Origin: Clostridium sp. CAG:609
GTDB lineage: Bacteria > Bacillota_I > Bacilli_A > RF39 > UBA660
Reading direction: 5' to 3'
DNA length: 64,000 nucleotides
NCBI GenBank assembly: GCA_000438075.1
Contig: FR903546.1
Coordinates: 17,243-81,242, forward strand
Shown here piece by piece: positions 9,000 through 19,266 of the stretch. The notes beneath the pieces are model-generated. The model was not told where the DNA came from. It searched no databases and was given only the letters and a program-made list of their open reading frames with translations. The translations under genes and the position numbers were made by a program. Position 1 is the stretch's first letter. Every line of letters starts with the position of its first letter.

Positions 9000-10053
9000 A
9001 AATTAAACCTTTCTTATTTAAATTAAATTTAACATCAGCATCAATATCTAAGTACTTCCAATAGTTTTCATCTTTAATTCTTTTATCTTTGTAATAACCC
9101 AAAGATAATCCCAACAAATCACTATTATTATTTTGCATCTTTTTAATAAATTCATATATTTTATCATTTATTAATTTGCTAAAATCACTATTTATTTTAT
9201 CTAAAACATCATTATTTCTAATATCAAGATCCGGGTCATTATCAATAATTCTTCCCATTAAACTTCCCTCAACTTTAATTTTCCCTTTCTTTATGCCAAC
9301 ATTTACTTTTCCATCATTCATAGCAACTGTAAAACTTTTTCCATTATAATCTATAAAATAGGTTGGTCTATCAAAATCATTGTTCAATATATTATAAATC
9401 TTAGCATCTTCATTACTAAATAAACTTTTATATTTGTACCCATCAAAAACAATTAATCCATCTACATAAAAATTTTTATCTTTTAAGGAAATATTAGAAA
9501 AACAAGTATCCAAACCAAAATTAAGACTATCTTTAACCACTTGATCAAATTCTTTTAAAACATTACTGTTCGAAGAATAATTCATATTTTCAAGCATCAA
9601 AATTATGGCATTACTCGCAATTTTTTCAAAATCATTTGTATTACTAAGTATTTCTTTCGGAGAATTTTTAATACTACCAACAACATAAAAATTTTCTCTA
9701 AAATAAATGTTTCTTAAAAATAAATCAAATATATTTTCAAACTTTTCTTCCATTAAACTCTTGCTTAAAATCATTAATTTTACATGACTAAAATTGGTGC
9801 CCTTAGTTATTTTATCGGATGCATCTTCAATAGCTTCAGTTAAAGTTTTACCTGTACCATTTTTAGTATATGTTGTAACACTAGCTGAACCTTTATCTTG
9901 TTTATCATTTAAAACTTCTAAAGTAACCATATACACATCATCTTTATAATCAATACCAATTGCACTAATTATCGCAAGATCATTAATCTCTTTATAATCA
10001 TAACACCCTCCAAGTAGTAAGGCTACCCCAATCAATATAAAAATCTTTTTCAT
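8989..10053 (-). CDS. Spore germination lipoprotein, GerAC/GerKC-type
   Basis: Lipobox LLGGC at the N-terminus; ~350 aa; operon context. Confidence 0.7.
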   Translation of the reverse strand: MKKIFILIGVALLLGGCYDYKEINDLAIISAIGIDYKDDVYMVTLEVLNDKQDKGSASVTTYTKNGTGKTLTEAIEDASDKITKGTNFSHVKLMILSKSLMEEKFENIFDLFLRNIYFRENFYVVGSIKNSPKEILSNTNDFEKIASNAIILMLENMNYSSNSNVLKEFDQVVKDSLNFGLDTCFSNISLKDKNFYVDGLIVFDGYKYKSLFSNEDAKIYNILNNDFDRPTYFIDYNGKSFTVAMNDGKVNVGIKKGKIKVEGSLMGRIIDNDPDLDIRNNDVLDKINSDFSKLINDKIYEFIKKMQNNNSDLLGLSLGYYKDKRIKDENYWKYLDIDADVKFNLNKKGLIYEK

Positions 10054-11486
10054 TTTTTCACCTTCATTTTAGTTAAATTTTTCTTTGTAAATAAACTACT
10101 TCTTTTATTATTTTTTAAAACACTTTCTTTTAAAACAGATTCAAAAAAATATTCTTTATTAAATGGTGAAATTGGTGCAAAATAATTTCTATTCATCGAA
10201 TAGGTAGATGTTGAATAAATCAAAAAGTAAAATAAACCAAGTGTTACACCATATAACCCAAATAATCCTGCTAACACAATAAATATAATTCTAAAATACC
10301 TAAGTGCATTATTAAGTTCAATATTTGTAAAAGTTAAACTTGATATAAAAGTAATAGAAATTACAATTATTGTAATCGGGGATGCTATACCTGCAGAAAC
10401 AGATGCCTCGCCCAATACAATTGCACCTAAAATAGAGATTGCTGAACCATAACTAGATGGAAACCTTAAATCACTTTCTCTTAAAATTTCACACACAAAA
10501 AGCATAATCAATGTCTCAATAATTGTGGGAAATGGAACACCTCCACGTTCTATTGCAAAATTAATAAGTAAACTAGTTGGTATAGTCTCCTGATTATAAT
10601 TCATCACAGCAATATATAAAGCTGGTGCCATCATTGAAATCAAAAAAGCTGTAAATCTCAAAATCTTTATAAAATTAACATTCTTACTTTTATTATAATT
10701 ATCTATTCCTGGATTAATAAAATCAATGAAAAAAGCAGGAAGTATAATAACACTTGAAGTCGTATCAACCACAATTGCAACTTTTCCTTCTAACAAACAT
10801 TTTGCAACAATATCAGGTCTTTCAGTTTCCATAAATGTCGGATAAATACTATTATTTTCTCCAGTTAACAAAAAACCAACCGTCGATGAATCAACAATAC
10901 CATCTATATCAACTATATTAAGTTTATCTATAATTTTTTTTACCATTTCTAAATCAGCAACATCATCAAAATACATAATACTTATATTAGTTAAACTCTT
11001 TCTTCCTAAATATAAATTTTCTATTTTTAATTTACTAGACTTAAGTCTTCTTTTAATTAACCCAATATTTATTTGAATATTTTCAACAAAAGCATCCTTC
11101 GGCCCATTAATTGATGATTCAACTTTAGCTTCCGTAATACTTCTATTTATATCAGCTCTACATTCAACCCCAAAAAGACAATTCCCCATAATTACTATGG
11201 CAAAGCCATTAGTCAAATAAAACTCACACAAATCAATATTACTTATTTTCTTAACATTCGCACCAGCCACATACGAAGTAATATTCTTTTTGTTTACTTC
11301 GTTTTTCTTTAAAATAAATTCTTTTAAAATATATTCATTAACTTTATCACTACTAGTAACAGTTTCTAAATACACAACATAAATTTTGCTAAAAAAATTA
11401 GCATCTATAACTTTAACAACCAAATCCGGAGACTTACTAAACATAATTTTTATACGATTAACTATTTTATTCAAAACTTTCACCAT
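10050..11486 (-). CDS. Spore germination protein, GerAA/GerKA-type
   Basis: 478 aa; soluble N-terminal domain plus C-terminal TM bundle; overlapping stop/start with the C subunit. Confidence 0.75.
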   Translation of the reverse strand: MVKVLNKIVNRIKIMFSKSPDLVVKVIDANFFSKIYVVYLETVTSSDKVNEYILKEFILKKNEVNKKNITSYVAGANVKKISNIDLCEFYLTNGFAIVIMGNCLFGVECRADINRSITEAKVESSINGPKDAFVENIQINIGLIKRRLKSSKLKIENLYLGRKSLTNISIMYFDDVADLEMVKKIIDKLNIVDIDGIVDSSTVGFLLTGENNSIYPTFMETERPDIVAKCLLEGKVAIVVDTTSSVIILPAFFIDFINPGIDNYNKSKNVNFIKILRFTAFLISMMAPALYIAVMNYNQETIPTSLLINFAIERGGVPFPTIIETLIMLFVCEILRESDLRFPSSYGSAISILGAIVLGEASVSAGIASPITIIVISITFISSLTFTNIELNNALRYFRIIFIVLAGLFGLYGVTLGLFYFLIYSTSTYSMNRNYFAPISPFNKEYFFESVLKESVLKNNKRSSLFTKKNLTKMKVKK

Positions 11487-11530
11487 TATTAATATTTACC
11501 AAACCACCACTTTTATGCTAAAATGTTATT

Positions 11531-12742
11531 GTGATGTATATGGAAAAAGAAATATTAAAATTAGATGACTTTGGTAGAGGTATAACTTATGTAGATAACG
11601 TAGTTACATTTGTAAAAAACACCATACCAAAAGATATAATAGATTTAAAAATAACTAAATCTCACAAAAGATATAATGAAGGAATACCTACAAAAATAAT
11701 AAAACCTTCACCCTTACGCATAGAACCATTCTGCCCATATTTTTCTAAATGCGGGGGATGTACTCTTCAAAACTTAAGCTATGAAGAAACATTAAAATAC
11801 AAAAAAGAAAAGGTAATAAATTATTTTGCTAAAAACAAGATAGAGATAAACCCAATTACAATACCAAATGACACTAAAACTTTTTATAGAAACAAAATAT
11901 CTCTAAAAGTAGAAAACTTCAAAATAGGTTTTTACGAAGAACAAACTCACAACATAATAAGTATTGATGCTTGCATGATTACAAATAAAATAATAAACAA
12001 AACAATACCCCTAATAAAGACATTCAATATCATAAATGGTGATGTAACAATTCGTTGTAATTCCAAAGATGATGTTCTAATAATCATTAACACTAAAGAT
12101 AAAGTAACTATAAACAAATCTTTATTAAATGATAAAATCAATATCGTTCTAAATAATAAAAAAATATATAACAATGACTACTTATTAGAAACTGTCAATG
12201 ATATCACATATAAAATATCATATGACTCATTCTTTCAAGTAAATATTAATACTGCCAGTAAATTATTTAAAATAATCGAAGATAATACAAAAAATGATGA
12301 TATCGTTCTAGATCTTTATGGTGGAGTGGGTACCCTTGGTTTAAGTGCATCAAAAAAAGCAAAAGAAGTTCTATCCGTAGAAATAGTGCCAAATGCAACA
12401 GAAAATGGTAAATATAATGCTAAACTTAATAATATAACAAACACTAAATTTATTACAAGTGATGCATCAAACGTCAAAAATAATTTAAACTTTAATTTTA
12501 ATAAATTAATTTTAGATCCACCAAGAAGTGGCTTAACTACTGATGTAATAAATTTAATCAAAGAACATAATCCAAAAGAAATAATCTATGTTTCATGTGA
12601 TTACCATACTCAGGTAAGGGATATCAAAAAATTAGAAAAATATAAAATAACAAAATCATATATCATTGATATGTTCTCATACACATATCACGTTGAAACT
12701 GTTTTAATATTAAAAAAAGAAAAAATTGTGGAAAAAAACTAA
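11531..12742 (+). CDS. 23S rRNA (uracil-C5)-methyltransferase, RumA/RlmD family (TRAM + 4Fe-4S + SAM MTase)
   Basis: Fe-S cysteines CPYFSKCGGC; MTase motif LDLYGGVGT; C-terminal catalytic region. Confidence 0.8.
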   Translation: MMYMEKEILKLDDFGRGITYVDNVVTFVKNTIPKDIIDLKITKSHKRYNEGIPTKIIKPSPLRIEPFCPYFSKCGGCTLQNLSYEETLKYKKEKVINYFAKNKIEINPITIPNDTKTFYRNKISLKVENFKIGFYEEQTHNIISIDACMITNKIINKTIPLIKTFNIINGDVTIRCNSKDDVLIIINTKDKVTINKSLLNDKINIVLNNKKIYNNDYLLETVNDITYKISYDSFFQVNINTASKLFKIIEDNTKNDDIVLDLYGGVGTLGLSASKKAKEVLSVEIVPNATENGKYNAKLNNITNTKFITSDASNVKNNLNFNFNKLILDPPRSGLTTDVINLIKEHNPKEIIYVSCDYHTQVRDIKKLEKYKITKSYIIDMFSYTYHVETVLILKKEKIVEKN

Positions 12743-12784
12743 AATTTATGATAGACTATTAATGATAGAAAGAAGGCATCAAAA

Positions 12785-13798
12785 ATGATTTATCCAAGAT
12801 TTATTAAAAAAGGTGATATTATCGGAGTACCAGCACCATCAAATGGAGCAAATGATGAATTGAAAGTTAAACGTTTTAAAAATGCACTTAAAAATTTAGA
12901 AAATTTAGGATATAATATAAAACTTTCAAAAAATATAAATAACTCAGTATATGCAAGAAGTGCAAATGAATTGATGCGTGCAAACGAAATAAATGAAATG
13001 TTTAAAGATAAAGATATTGATTTCATACTTTGTGCAACGGGTGGGGAGTTTTTAGTGGAAATTCTTCCGTATATTGATTTTGAATTAATTAAGAATCATC
13101 CAAAATTTATAGCAGGCTTTTCAGATCCAACCGGACTATTATATTCAATTACAACAAAGTGTGATATAGCAACTATATACGGAAAAAACTTTTCATCATT
13201 TGGTGCTGAAACCTACCATCAAAGTGAAAAAGATTTTTTAGAAATCATTAAAGGAAATCTTATAATCGAGTCAAGTTACGATAAATATGAAGAAGAAAGA
13301 TTAGAAAGTTTAACTGGTTATGAATCATATAATTTAAATGCCAATACTGAAATTAAAACATTAAATTGTGAAAAAGTAAATGTTAAAGGTAGAATAATCG
13401 GAGGATGTTTTGATTTAATAACAGAAATAGCAGGAACAAAATATGATGGTATAAATGAATTTAACGAAAAATATCAAAGTGATGGATTAATATGGTATTT
13501 TGATAATTGCGAGGAATCGCTTGAAAACGTAATAAGACATTTATGGAAGTTAAATGAATTAGGTTACTTTAAATATGCAAAGGCTATAATATTTGGAAGA
13601 TTTGGTGTTGTTACATCAAATTTGGGTTTAACTATAAAAGAAGCATTAAACCAAAGTATAATTACAAAATTAAATATTCCAATAATATATGATGCAAACA
13701 TTTCTCACAAAGGTCCATGTCTAAACATAATTAATGGAAGCATAGCAACAATCAATTTTAAAGATAACAAAGGAACAATAAAATTTGAAATAAAATAG
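12785..13798 (+). CDS. LD-carboxypeptidase (peptidase S66, LdcA/MccF-like)
   Basis: Catalytic Ser in the GFSD context (FIAGFSDPTGLL); 337 aa. Confidence 0.7.
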   Translation: MIYPRFIKKGDIIGVPAPSNGANDELKVKRFKNALKNLENLGYNIKLSKNINNSVYARSANELMRANEINEMFKDKDIDFILCATGGEFLVEILPYIDFELIKNHPKFIAGFSDPTGLLYSITTKCDIATIYGKNFSSFGAETYHQSEKDFLEIIKGNLIIESSYDKYEEERLESLTGYESYNLNANTEIKTLNCEKVNVKGRIIGGCFDLITEIAGTKYDGINEFNEKYQSDGLIWYFDNCEESLENVIRHLWKLNELGYFKYAKAIIFGRFGVVTSNLGLTIKEALNQSIITKLNIPIIYDANISHKGPCLNIINGSIATINFKDNKGTIKFEIK

Positions 13799-13811
13799 GA
13801 AGGTATTACTT

Positions 13812-14423
13812 ATGACAGAAGAACAAAGAAAAGAAATAGTAAAAAGAATAAATAAAGATAAAAATAAAATAGCATACAGGTCTATATTAGAACAAATGCT
13901 ACAAGAGCAAGAACAAAAAACTGAAGTTAAAAAATATCTCTCACTTCAAAAAAAATATCAAGAGTTACTTAAAGAACAACAATTTTTTGATAATTCTGAA
14001 AAGAAAATAATAGATTTAGAATTTATCTGGGCACTTGAAGAAAATGCAGATAAAAAAATCGCATGCAATCATGAGATTTGGCTCTATAATAAATCATATT
14101 ATATTAGCATAGACCAATGGGGAGAAAATTATCTTCCATGTGAAAATGAATATCACAAAAAATTTGCTTATAACTCATATATTTGTCTAGAATGTGGGAA
14201 AGAAATACAAGTAATCGATTGGAAAAACTTTGAACAAACTCATGAAGTATTAAAAAATCAATCAAAGAAATCAAATCGTGGTGTTCATCATTATAGATTG
14301 TTCTTCTATGAAACTCTTTACTCACACACCGTGGAAGAATCAAAACAAATACTCAAGGCTAAATTTAACTTAGATATTGAAAAAGGTTATATAAGAACCA
14401 GAAAAAATAACAACTTTAGATAA
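13812..14423 (+). CDS. Hypothetical protein with a putative zinc-ribbon (CNHE...CENE...CLECGKE)
   Basis: Cys/His pairs; no family recognised. Confidence 0.4.
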   Translation: MTEEQRKEIVKRINKDKNKIAYRSILEQMLQEQEQKTEVKKYLSLQKKYQELLKEQQFFDNSEKKIIDLEFIWALEENADKKIACNHEIWLYNKSYYISIDQWGENYLPCENEYHKKFAYNSYICLECGKEIQVIDWKNFEQTHEVLKNQSKKSNRGVHHYRLFFYETLYSHTVEESKQILKAKFNLDIEKGYIRTRKNNNFR

Positions 14424-14435
14424 GGAAATAATAAT

Positions 14436-14756
14436 ATGAACCATAAAAAAACATTTTTAATAATAACAATTTTAATTGTAATTTTTATCTGTTCTATAAT
14501 TATTATTAAAAAAAATAAAGAAGTTTACCATCAATCAAAGAATTATGAAATAAACGATAGAAATTTAAGTATAATGCTTGAAGAAACTCCAAAAAAGGGA
14601 GATTATAAGATTTCCAATTTAAACACAGGGATATTAAAATATAAATGTAATTCTAATAATACTTATCATAATAATCAAGCATCTACAACCTCAGCTTGTA
14701 AAAATTATTGTGCAACAGGAACATATTATAATGGTAAATGTTATAAATTAGGGTAG
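14436..14756 (+). CDS. Small membrane-anchored Cys-rich protein (106 aa); paralog of the 24914-26224 protein (shared N-terminal and C-terminal modules)
   Basis: N-terminal TM helix; ...VYHQS...LSIMLEET... module; C-terminal KYKCNSNNTYHNNQASTTSACKNYCATGTYYNGKCYKLG. Confidence 0.6.
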   Translation: MNHKKTFLIITILIVIFICSIIIIKKNKEVYHQSKNYEINDRNLSIMLEETPKKGDYKISNLNTGILKYKCNSNNTYHNNQASTTSACKNYCATGTYYNGKCYKLG

Positions 14757-14860
14757 AAAATTCAATTAATTTTGAATTTTCTTATTATTTTGCAAACAAA
14801 AATTTGACAAATAACCAATAAAATGGTATGATATTATGCAAGTGGAAAAGGGGGATTGCC

Positions 14861-15571
14861 ATGGAAGATAAAGAAATACTAAAATATATGATAACTTTTT
14901 TGATATGTATAGTTTTATCAATTGTTATAATAGTAGGTTCAAGTGAGAATAAAAAAATTATTTATGTAGGAACTTATGAAACTAATGAAGTAAAAAATAT
15001 TGAATATACAAAAGTAAAAGAATTGCAAGAAGAAAATAACAATAAAGATATAAAAGGATATTTAACTATACCGGGTACAAATATTAGTGAACCTGTATTG
15101 CAAGGAACAGATAATGAATTTTACTTAAGCCATGGTGTTAACAAAAAGAAAAATATAATTGGATCAGTTTATCTAGATTACAGAGTAAAAATAAATGAAG
15201 GAAGAAAAAACTTAATTTATAGTCATAATTCTTCCAGTTTAACTGTGCCTTTTAAAGAACTAGAAAAATACTATGATGAAGACTTTTATAAGAGCCATCA
15301 ATACATATTCTTAGAAGATGAAAATAGTAAACAAACTTATCAAATATTTTCAATATTTGTAGAAACTAAAGACTGGAGTTACATGAGTGTAGATTACAAT
15401 GATGAAAAATGGTTAAAACACTTAAATAATTTAAAAGAAAAATCATGGTATGATACTGGTATTAATGTAGAAAGTGATGATGAGATACTAATTCTTCAAA
15501 CATGTTCTCACCACAAAAATTATAAGAAGTATAAAAATAAATATTTATTGGTTATTGCTAAGAAAATTTGA
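14861..15571 (+). CDS. Sortase family transpeptidase (class B-like)
   Basis: N-terminal TM anchor; catalytic TLxTC-type motif ILILQTCSHH; ATG at 14861 with GGGGG RBS preferred over the track start at 14828. Confidence 0.7.
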   Translation: MEDKEILKYMITFLICIVLSIVIIVGSSENKKIIYVGTYETNEVKNIEYTKVKELQEENNNKDIKGYLTIPGTNISEPVLQGTDNEFYLSHGVNKKKNIIGSVYLDYRVKINEGRKNLIYSHNSSSLTVPFKELEKYYDEDFYKSHQYIFLEDENSKQTYQIFSIFVETKDWSYMSVDYNDEKWLKHLNNLKEKSWYDTGINVESDDEILILQTCSHHKNYKKYKNKYLLVIAKKI

Positions 15572-15788
15572 CATAACTAAAAAGAGAGTGTTATAATAAA
15601 CCTGTAGTAAATCAATTGGTCGTTCGCGTTTTACTACCTGATAAACGAAAGTTTAAAGGAATAATGAAGAGCCTTAGAATCTCCTCATGAATGGCAAAAA
15701 ATACACATTATTTGTGATTGTTTTTTGTATTCATGGAAGGAGGTTTTTTAATTGTACCAATCGCAAATAATAAGAAAGGAAGGAAAAT

Positions 15789-16544
15789 ATGAAAAAAAGT
15801 GAACATGATTATTATAGTGCGATTGGTAATTGGTCGTTTTCTGATATCAATTACAAAAGCAAAACATTAACAAATTGGATTTATGAAAGTGAGGTTCAAA
15901 AACATATTAAAAAGAATTCAAAAGTACTAGATTTAGGTACTGCAGCAGGTGAAAAAGTACTAAAGTATTATCCAGAATGCAGAGAAATATTAGCAACGGA
16001 TTTTTCTGAAACTATGATTAAAAATGCAAATGAAAATCTAAAGGTAAGTGGAAGAAAGAACATAACTTTTAGAGTAATGGATAATTTAAATATGGATACA
16101 CCGGATGATTATTTTGATTTAGTAACAGCAAGACACACAGTTACATCAGCAAAACAAATCTATAAGACATTAAAAAAGGGTGGAGCACTAATTGTAAGAG
16201 GTGTAGACAAAATGGATTGCTGGGCTTTAAAGAAAATGTGTGGCTATGGACAAGATTATAAAAATATTATTCCGATAAGCCAAAGAGACTATGAAAGTAT
16301 CATAGATGCAGGATTCAAAGATGTTGAATTAATTCCTTTGTATGTTGTAGAATACTATAAAACTGAAGCTGATTTGTATGCACTTTTAGTAAAGGTACCA
16401 ATATTAGATGATACATCTGATGGAAAATTTCATGAGAAAAAAGAAATACCTTTTGATAAATTCAAAAAGTATGTTTCTGAAAATAAAACGAAAGATGGAA
16501 TTAAGCTAATTCGTAGATATTATGCAATAATAGCCAAAAAGTAA
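15789..16544 (+). CDS. Class I SAM-dependent methyltransferase
   Basis: Motif I VLDLGTAAGEKV; acidic residue after beta2 (ATDFSE). Confidence 0.65.
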   Translation: MKKSEHDYYSAIGNWSFSDINYKSKTLTNWIYESEVQKHIKKNSKVLDLGTAAGEKVLKYYPECREILATDFSETMIKNANENLKVSGRKNITFRVMDNLNMDTPDDYFDLVTARHTVTSAKQIYKTLKKGGALIVRGVDKMDCWALKKMCGYGQDYKNIIPISQRDYESIIDAGFKDVELIPLYVVEYYKTEADLYALLVKVPILDDTSDGKFHEKKEIPFDKFKKYVSENKTKDGIKLIRRYYAIIAKK

Positions 16545-16644
16545 TGGAAAATTCGACATTTTTCTTGACTATTTTTCATTTTTGGTATAGGATAAATAAC
16601 TAATTAGAAGAAATTTGTAAATTTTTTCTAAAGAAGGAGGGTTT

Positions 16645-17616
16645 ATGAAAAATAGTAAGAGAATTTTAGGTGTTCTATTATTATTAGTTTTTTCTGTTTT
16701 CGTAGGCAAAACAGTAAATGCAGCAACTTTAGATAATGAAAAATTAGAAAAGTCAAAATCTAAAACTGCTACTGCTCTAGACGAAAATTATGAATCTAGA
16801 ATTACTATTAGTCTTCCATCAAAAGAAGAAGAATTAGTAAGTGATGTAGTTTTTGTGCTAGACTATTCTAGTTGTAGTGAAGAAACAGCTGCAGCTATGA
16901 TTGAAATGTTATCTGAACTAAATAATAGTATTAAGACAACAAATGCTAGTATTAAAGTTGGGGTAATAATTTTCAGAGGTTATGCTGTAAAAGCATTCGA
17001 CTTAGCTACATATAATGATGAAGCAATTGAAGAGCTAAGAGAAAACGTTTCAAAGATTCCAGAAGAATTGCAATTAAAATCAGGTAAAGGTTCAAATTTA
17101 CCAGCTGGAATACTTGCTGCTAAACAAATGTTACTTGCAGATACAAGTGTTGCAAATAACAGAAAGTATGCAATTGTAATAAGTGATGGTGCAACATATC
17201 TTTTTACAAAAAATAATGAATACAACAAAGGTTACACAAGAATAACAGGAAATGGTGGAGGAGGAAGTCTTTATGAATGGGATGAAAAATATAATCCAAT
17301 AACTTCAACTGGTGAAAGAAAGTATCCATCATTAACTAACGGAATTCCTGAAAATTGGGATAGTTTTTTAAACAACATAGAAAAGAACAACGCAGAATAT
17401 GAAAAATATGATAAAGTTTATTACAGAGATAATATGGATTGTGTAAATAATCTAGTTCCACTAGATGGTATCATTACAAATGAAGTGTCATTTATGCAAA
17501 GTGCTAAATTTTATCATGATTTAGAAAATGCTGGAATAAATACATATTTTATCCAAAGTAATGTAGCTGGTGAAGGGGATAAAAAATACGAAGTAATTGA
17601 TAGTTTTGTAAAATAG
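16645..17616 (+). CDS. Secreted von Willebrand factor A (vWA) domain protein
   Basis: Signal peptide ...VNAATL; MIDAS DxSxS motif DYSSCS; no LPXTG. Confidence 0.7.
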   Translation: MKNSKRILGVLLLLVFSVFVGKTVNAATLDNEKLEKSKSKTATALDENYESRITISLPSKEEELVSDVVFVLDYSSCSEETAAAMIEMLSELNNSIKTTNASIKVGVIIFRGYAVKAFDLATYNDEAIEELRENVSKIPEELQLKSGKGSNLPAGILAAKQMLLADTSVANNRKYAIVISDGATYLFTKNNEYNKGYTRITGNGGGGSLYEWDEKYNPITSTGERKYPSLTNGIPENWDSFLNNIEKNNAEYEKYDKVYYRDNMDCVNNLVPLDGIITNEVSFMQSAKFYHDLENAGINTYFIQSNVAGEGDKKYEVIDSFVK

Positions 17617-17718
17617 GGTTTTGGCATTTGTACTTTTCAAAAAATACATAACCTTTCTAAGAAAAACAGTGATACCTTATTTAATATAAGAATATATTTT
17701 ATAAGGAAGGGAAAATGT

Positions 17719-19200
17719 ATGAAAAATATTAAAAAACTATTTGCTTTAGTATTAGTAGCATTATTTGGTTTAACTACTAATGTTGAAGCAGCATCAAAAT
17801 GGGATGTCAAAAGAGAAAACATTGAAGAAACAACTACAGAAATTAAACCAAATTTCATTAAAGAAACAGACACTATAATATATACTATACCAGAAGATTA
17901 TGATGGTAAAAAGATATATATTAATATTAGTGAAGATGTAAGAGTAATCACTGAAGGAAAATATGTTCCTGGTAATAGTAGACCATTTACAATTAAAGTT
18001 GTAAATAATTCAAAATATACTTACAATTACATCAAAAATTCATTTAAAGTTTTAACAGATGATTTATCAAAACTAGGAGCTAGTGATAATTATTACAAAT
18101 ATGATGTTAATGGTGTTAAAAGCGGTATTTATGTAAAAAACACATTATCATATGATGGACAATTAATAGCAGCAAACTGGTCAATTTACAGAACACAAAA
18201 TGATGCAATAAAAAAATTATTTGAAAATTCAGAAAAAACAGTAAGGGAAAAAGTAAGTAATAATTGGAAAAATGTTTATTACTATGCTGATGGAACAACA
18301 TGTCCTTTTGGAACATCTTGGAGTTCAAATCTATGTAAAAAAATGCTAACAGATGAAGTATTAGGTGCAGAATTAGTTGCTCAAGGATATGAAAATGGTA
18401 TTGAAGATTTAAATAAATATTATTTAGATTATTATAATAAAGTATTTAATACTAGTGCTACAAAATTAGAAGATTTACCAGATGCAGCAATTTATGGATA
18501 TTCAGATAGATTAAAAGAATATCTTGGTGGTATCTTAAATGGTAATAATGAATCTAATCGTGAAACAAACGCTGAAGTAAGTGAATTAGGATATAATTGG
18601 TTCTATAATAAAGGTTTAGGTCTATATCCAGTAACAGATGTTAATGGAAATCCGGTAAATAGTAAAAATACAAGAGATAACGGTTTCTATGTTGGAAACT
18701 ATATGCGTAATGAAAGTACAGTTACTGAAGAAGTAGTAACTAAAGATTTGGGAACTATTGAAAGTGGTTCTGAAAATAGTTTAACTCCAATTGAAATGTA
18801 TCTTGATTTCTATTATGTTACAAACGCATTCTCAAATATGGAATTTGGATTTAATATTAAATTCGAATTAGCTAGGGAAACATTATTTGGAAAACTAATC
18901 GTTAACTATGTTGATGACCAAGGTAACAAATTAGCTGATTCAATTATAACTGAAGCAGAAGTTGATACTCCATATGAAACAATAAAAAAAGAATTTGATG
19001 GTTATGAATTCTTAACTGTTGAAGGACAAACTAAAGGAAACTATATTAATGGTACTATCGAAGTAACATATATTTATACAAATGCAATCGGTGATATTGT
19101 TGTTCCAGATGAAAAACCAATTGAACCACCACATACTGATGCTGAAGTAACTACTTCAAATATCATTATGTACTTCGAAGAAGATAAAAAAAGAAAATAA
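17719..19200 (+). CDS. Secreted surface protein with a C-terminal MucBP-like domain
   Basis: Signal peptide ...VEAAS; MucBP-like KLIVNYVDDQGNKLADSII...GYEFLTVEGQ...IEVTYIYT; no LPXTG. Confidence 0.6.
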   Translation: MKNIKKLFALVLVALFGLTTNVEAASKWDVKRENIEETTTEIKPNFIKETDTIIYTIPEDYDGKKIYINISEDVRVITEGKYVPGNSRPFTIKVVNNSKYTYNYIKNSFKVLTDDLSKLGASDNYYKYDVNGVKSGIYVKNTLSYDGQLIAANWSIYRTQNDAIKKLFENSEKTVREKVSNNWKNVYYYADGTTCPFGTSWSSNLCKKMLTDEVLGAELVAQGYENGIEDLNKYYLDYYNKVFNTSATKLEDLPDAAIYGYSDRLKEYLGGILNGNNESNRETNAEVSELGYNWFYNKGLGLYPVTDVNGNPVNSKNTRDNGFYVGNYMRNESTVTEEVVTKDLGTIESGSENSLTPIEMYLDFYYVTNAFSNMEFGFNIKFELARETLFGKLIVNYVDDQGNKLADSIITEAEVDTPYETIKKEFDGYEFLTVEGQTKGNYINGTIEVTYIYTNAIGDIVVPDEKPIEPPHTDAEVTTSNIIMYFEEDKKRK

Positions 19201-19210
19201 TTAAATTTGA

Positions 19211-19243
19211 AACTAGCAATTTAAATAATTGCTAGTTTTTTTC
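19211..19243 (+). terminator. Rho-independent terminator (AACTAGCAATT ... AATTGCTAGTT + T6)
   Basis: 11 bp inverted repeat followed by a T-run, 10 bp after the stop codon. Confidence 0.75.
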
Positions 19244-19266
19244 ATATAATAATAACGAGGTAATTT

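Noticed and set aside
15572-15788. 216 bp leader upstream of the methyltransferase gene, considered as a SAM or other riboswitch
   Set aside because: No recognisable riboswitch core motifs and only weak stems.
14861-19200. Interpretation as a canonical sortase-assembled pilus operon
   Set aside because: None of the candidate subunits has an LPXTG-like sorting signal, pilin motif or E-box. Kept only as an open question in the findings.
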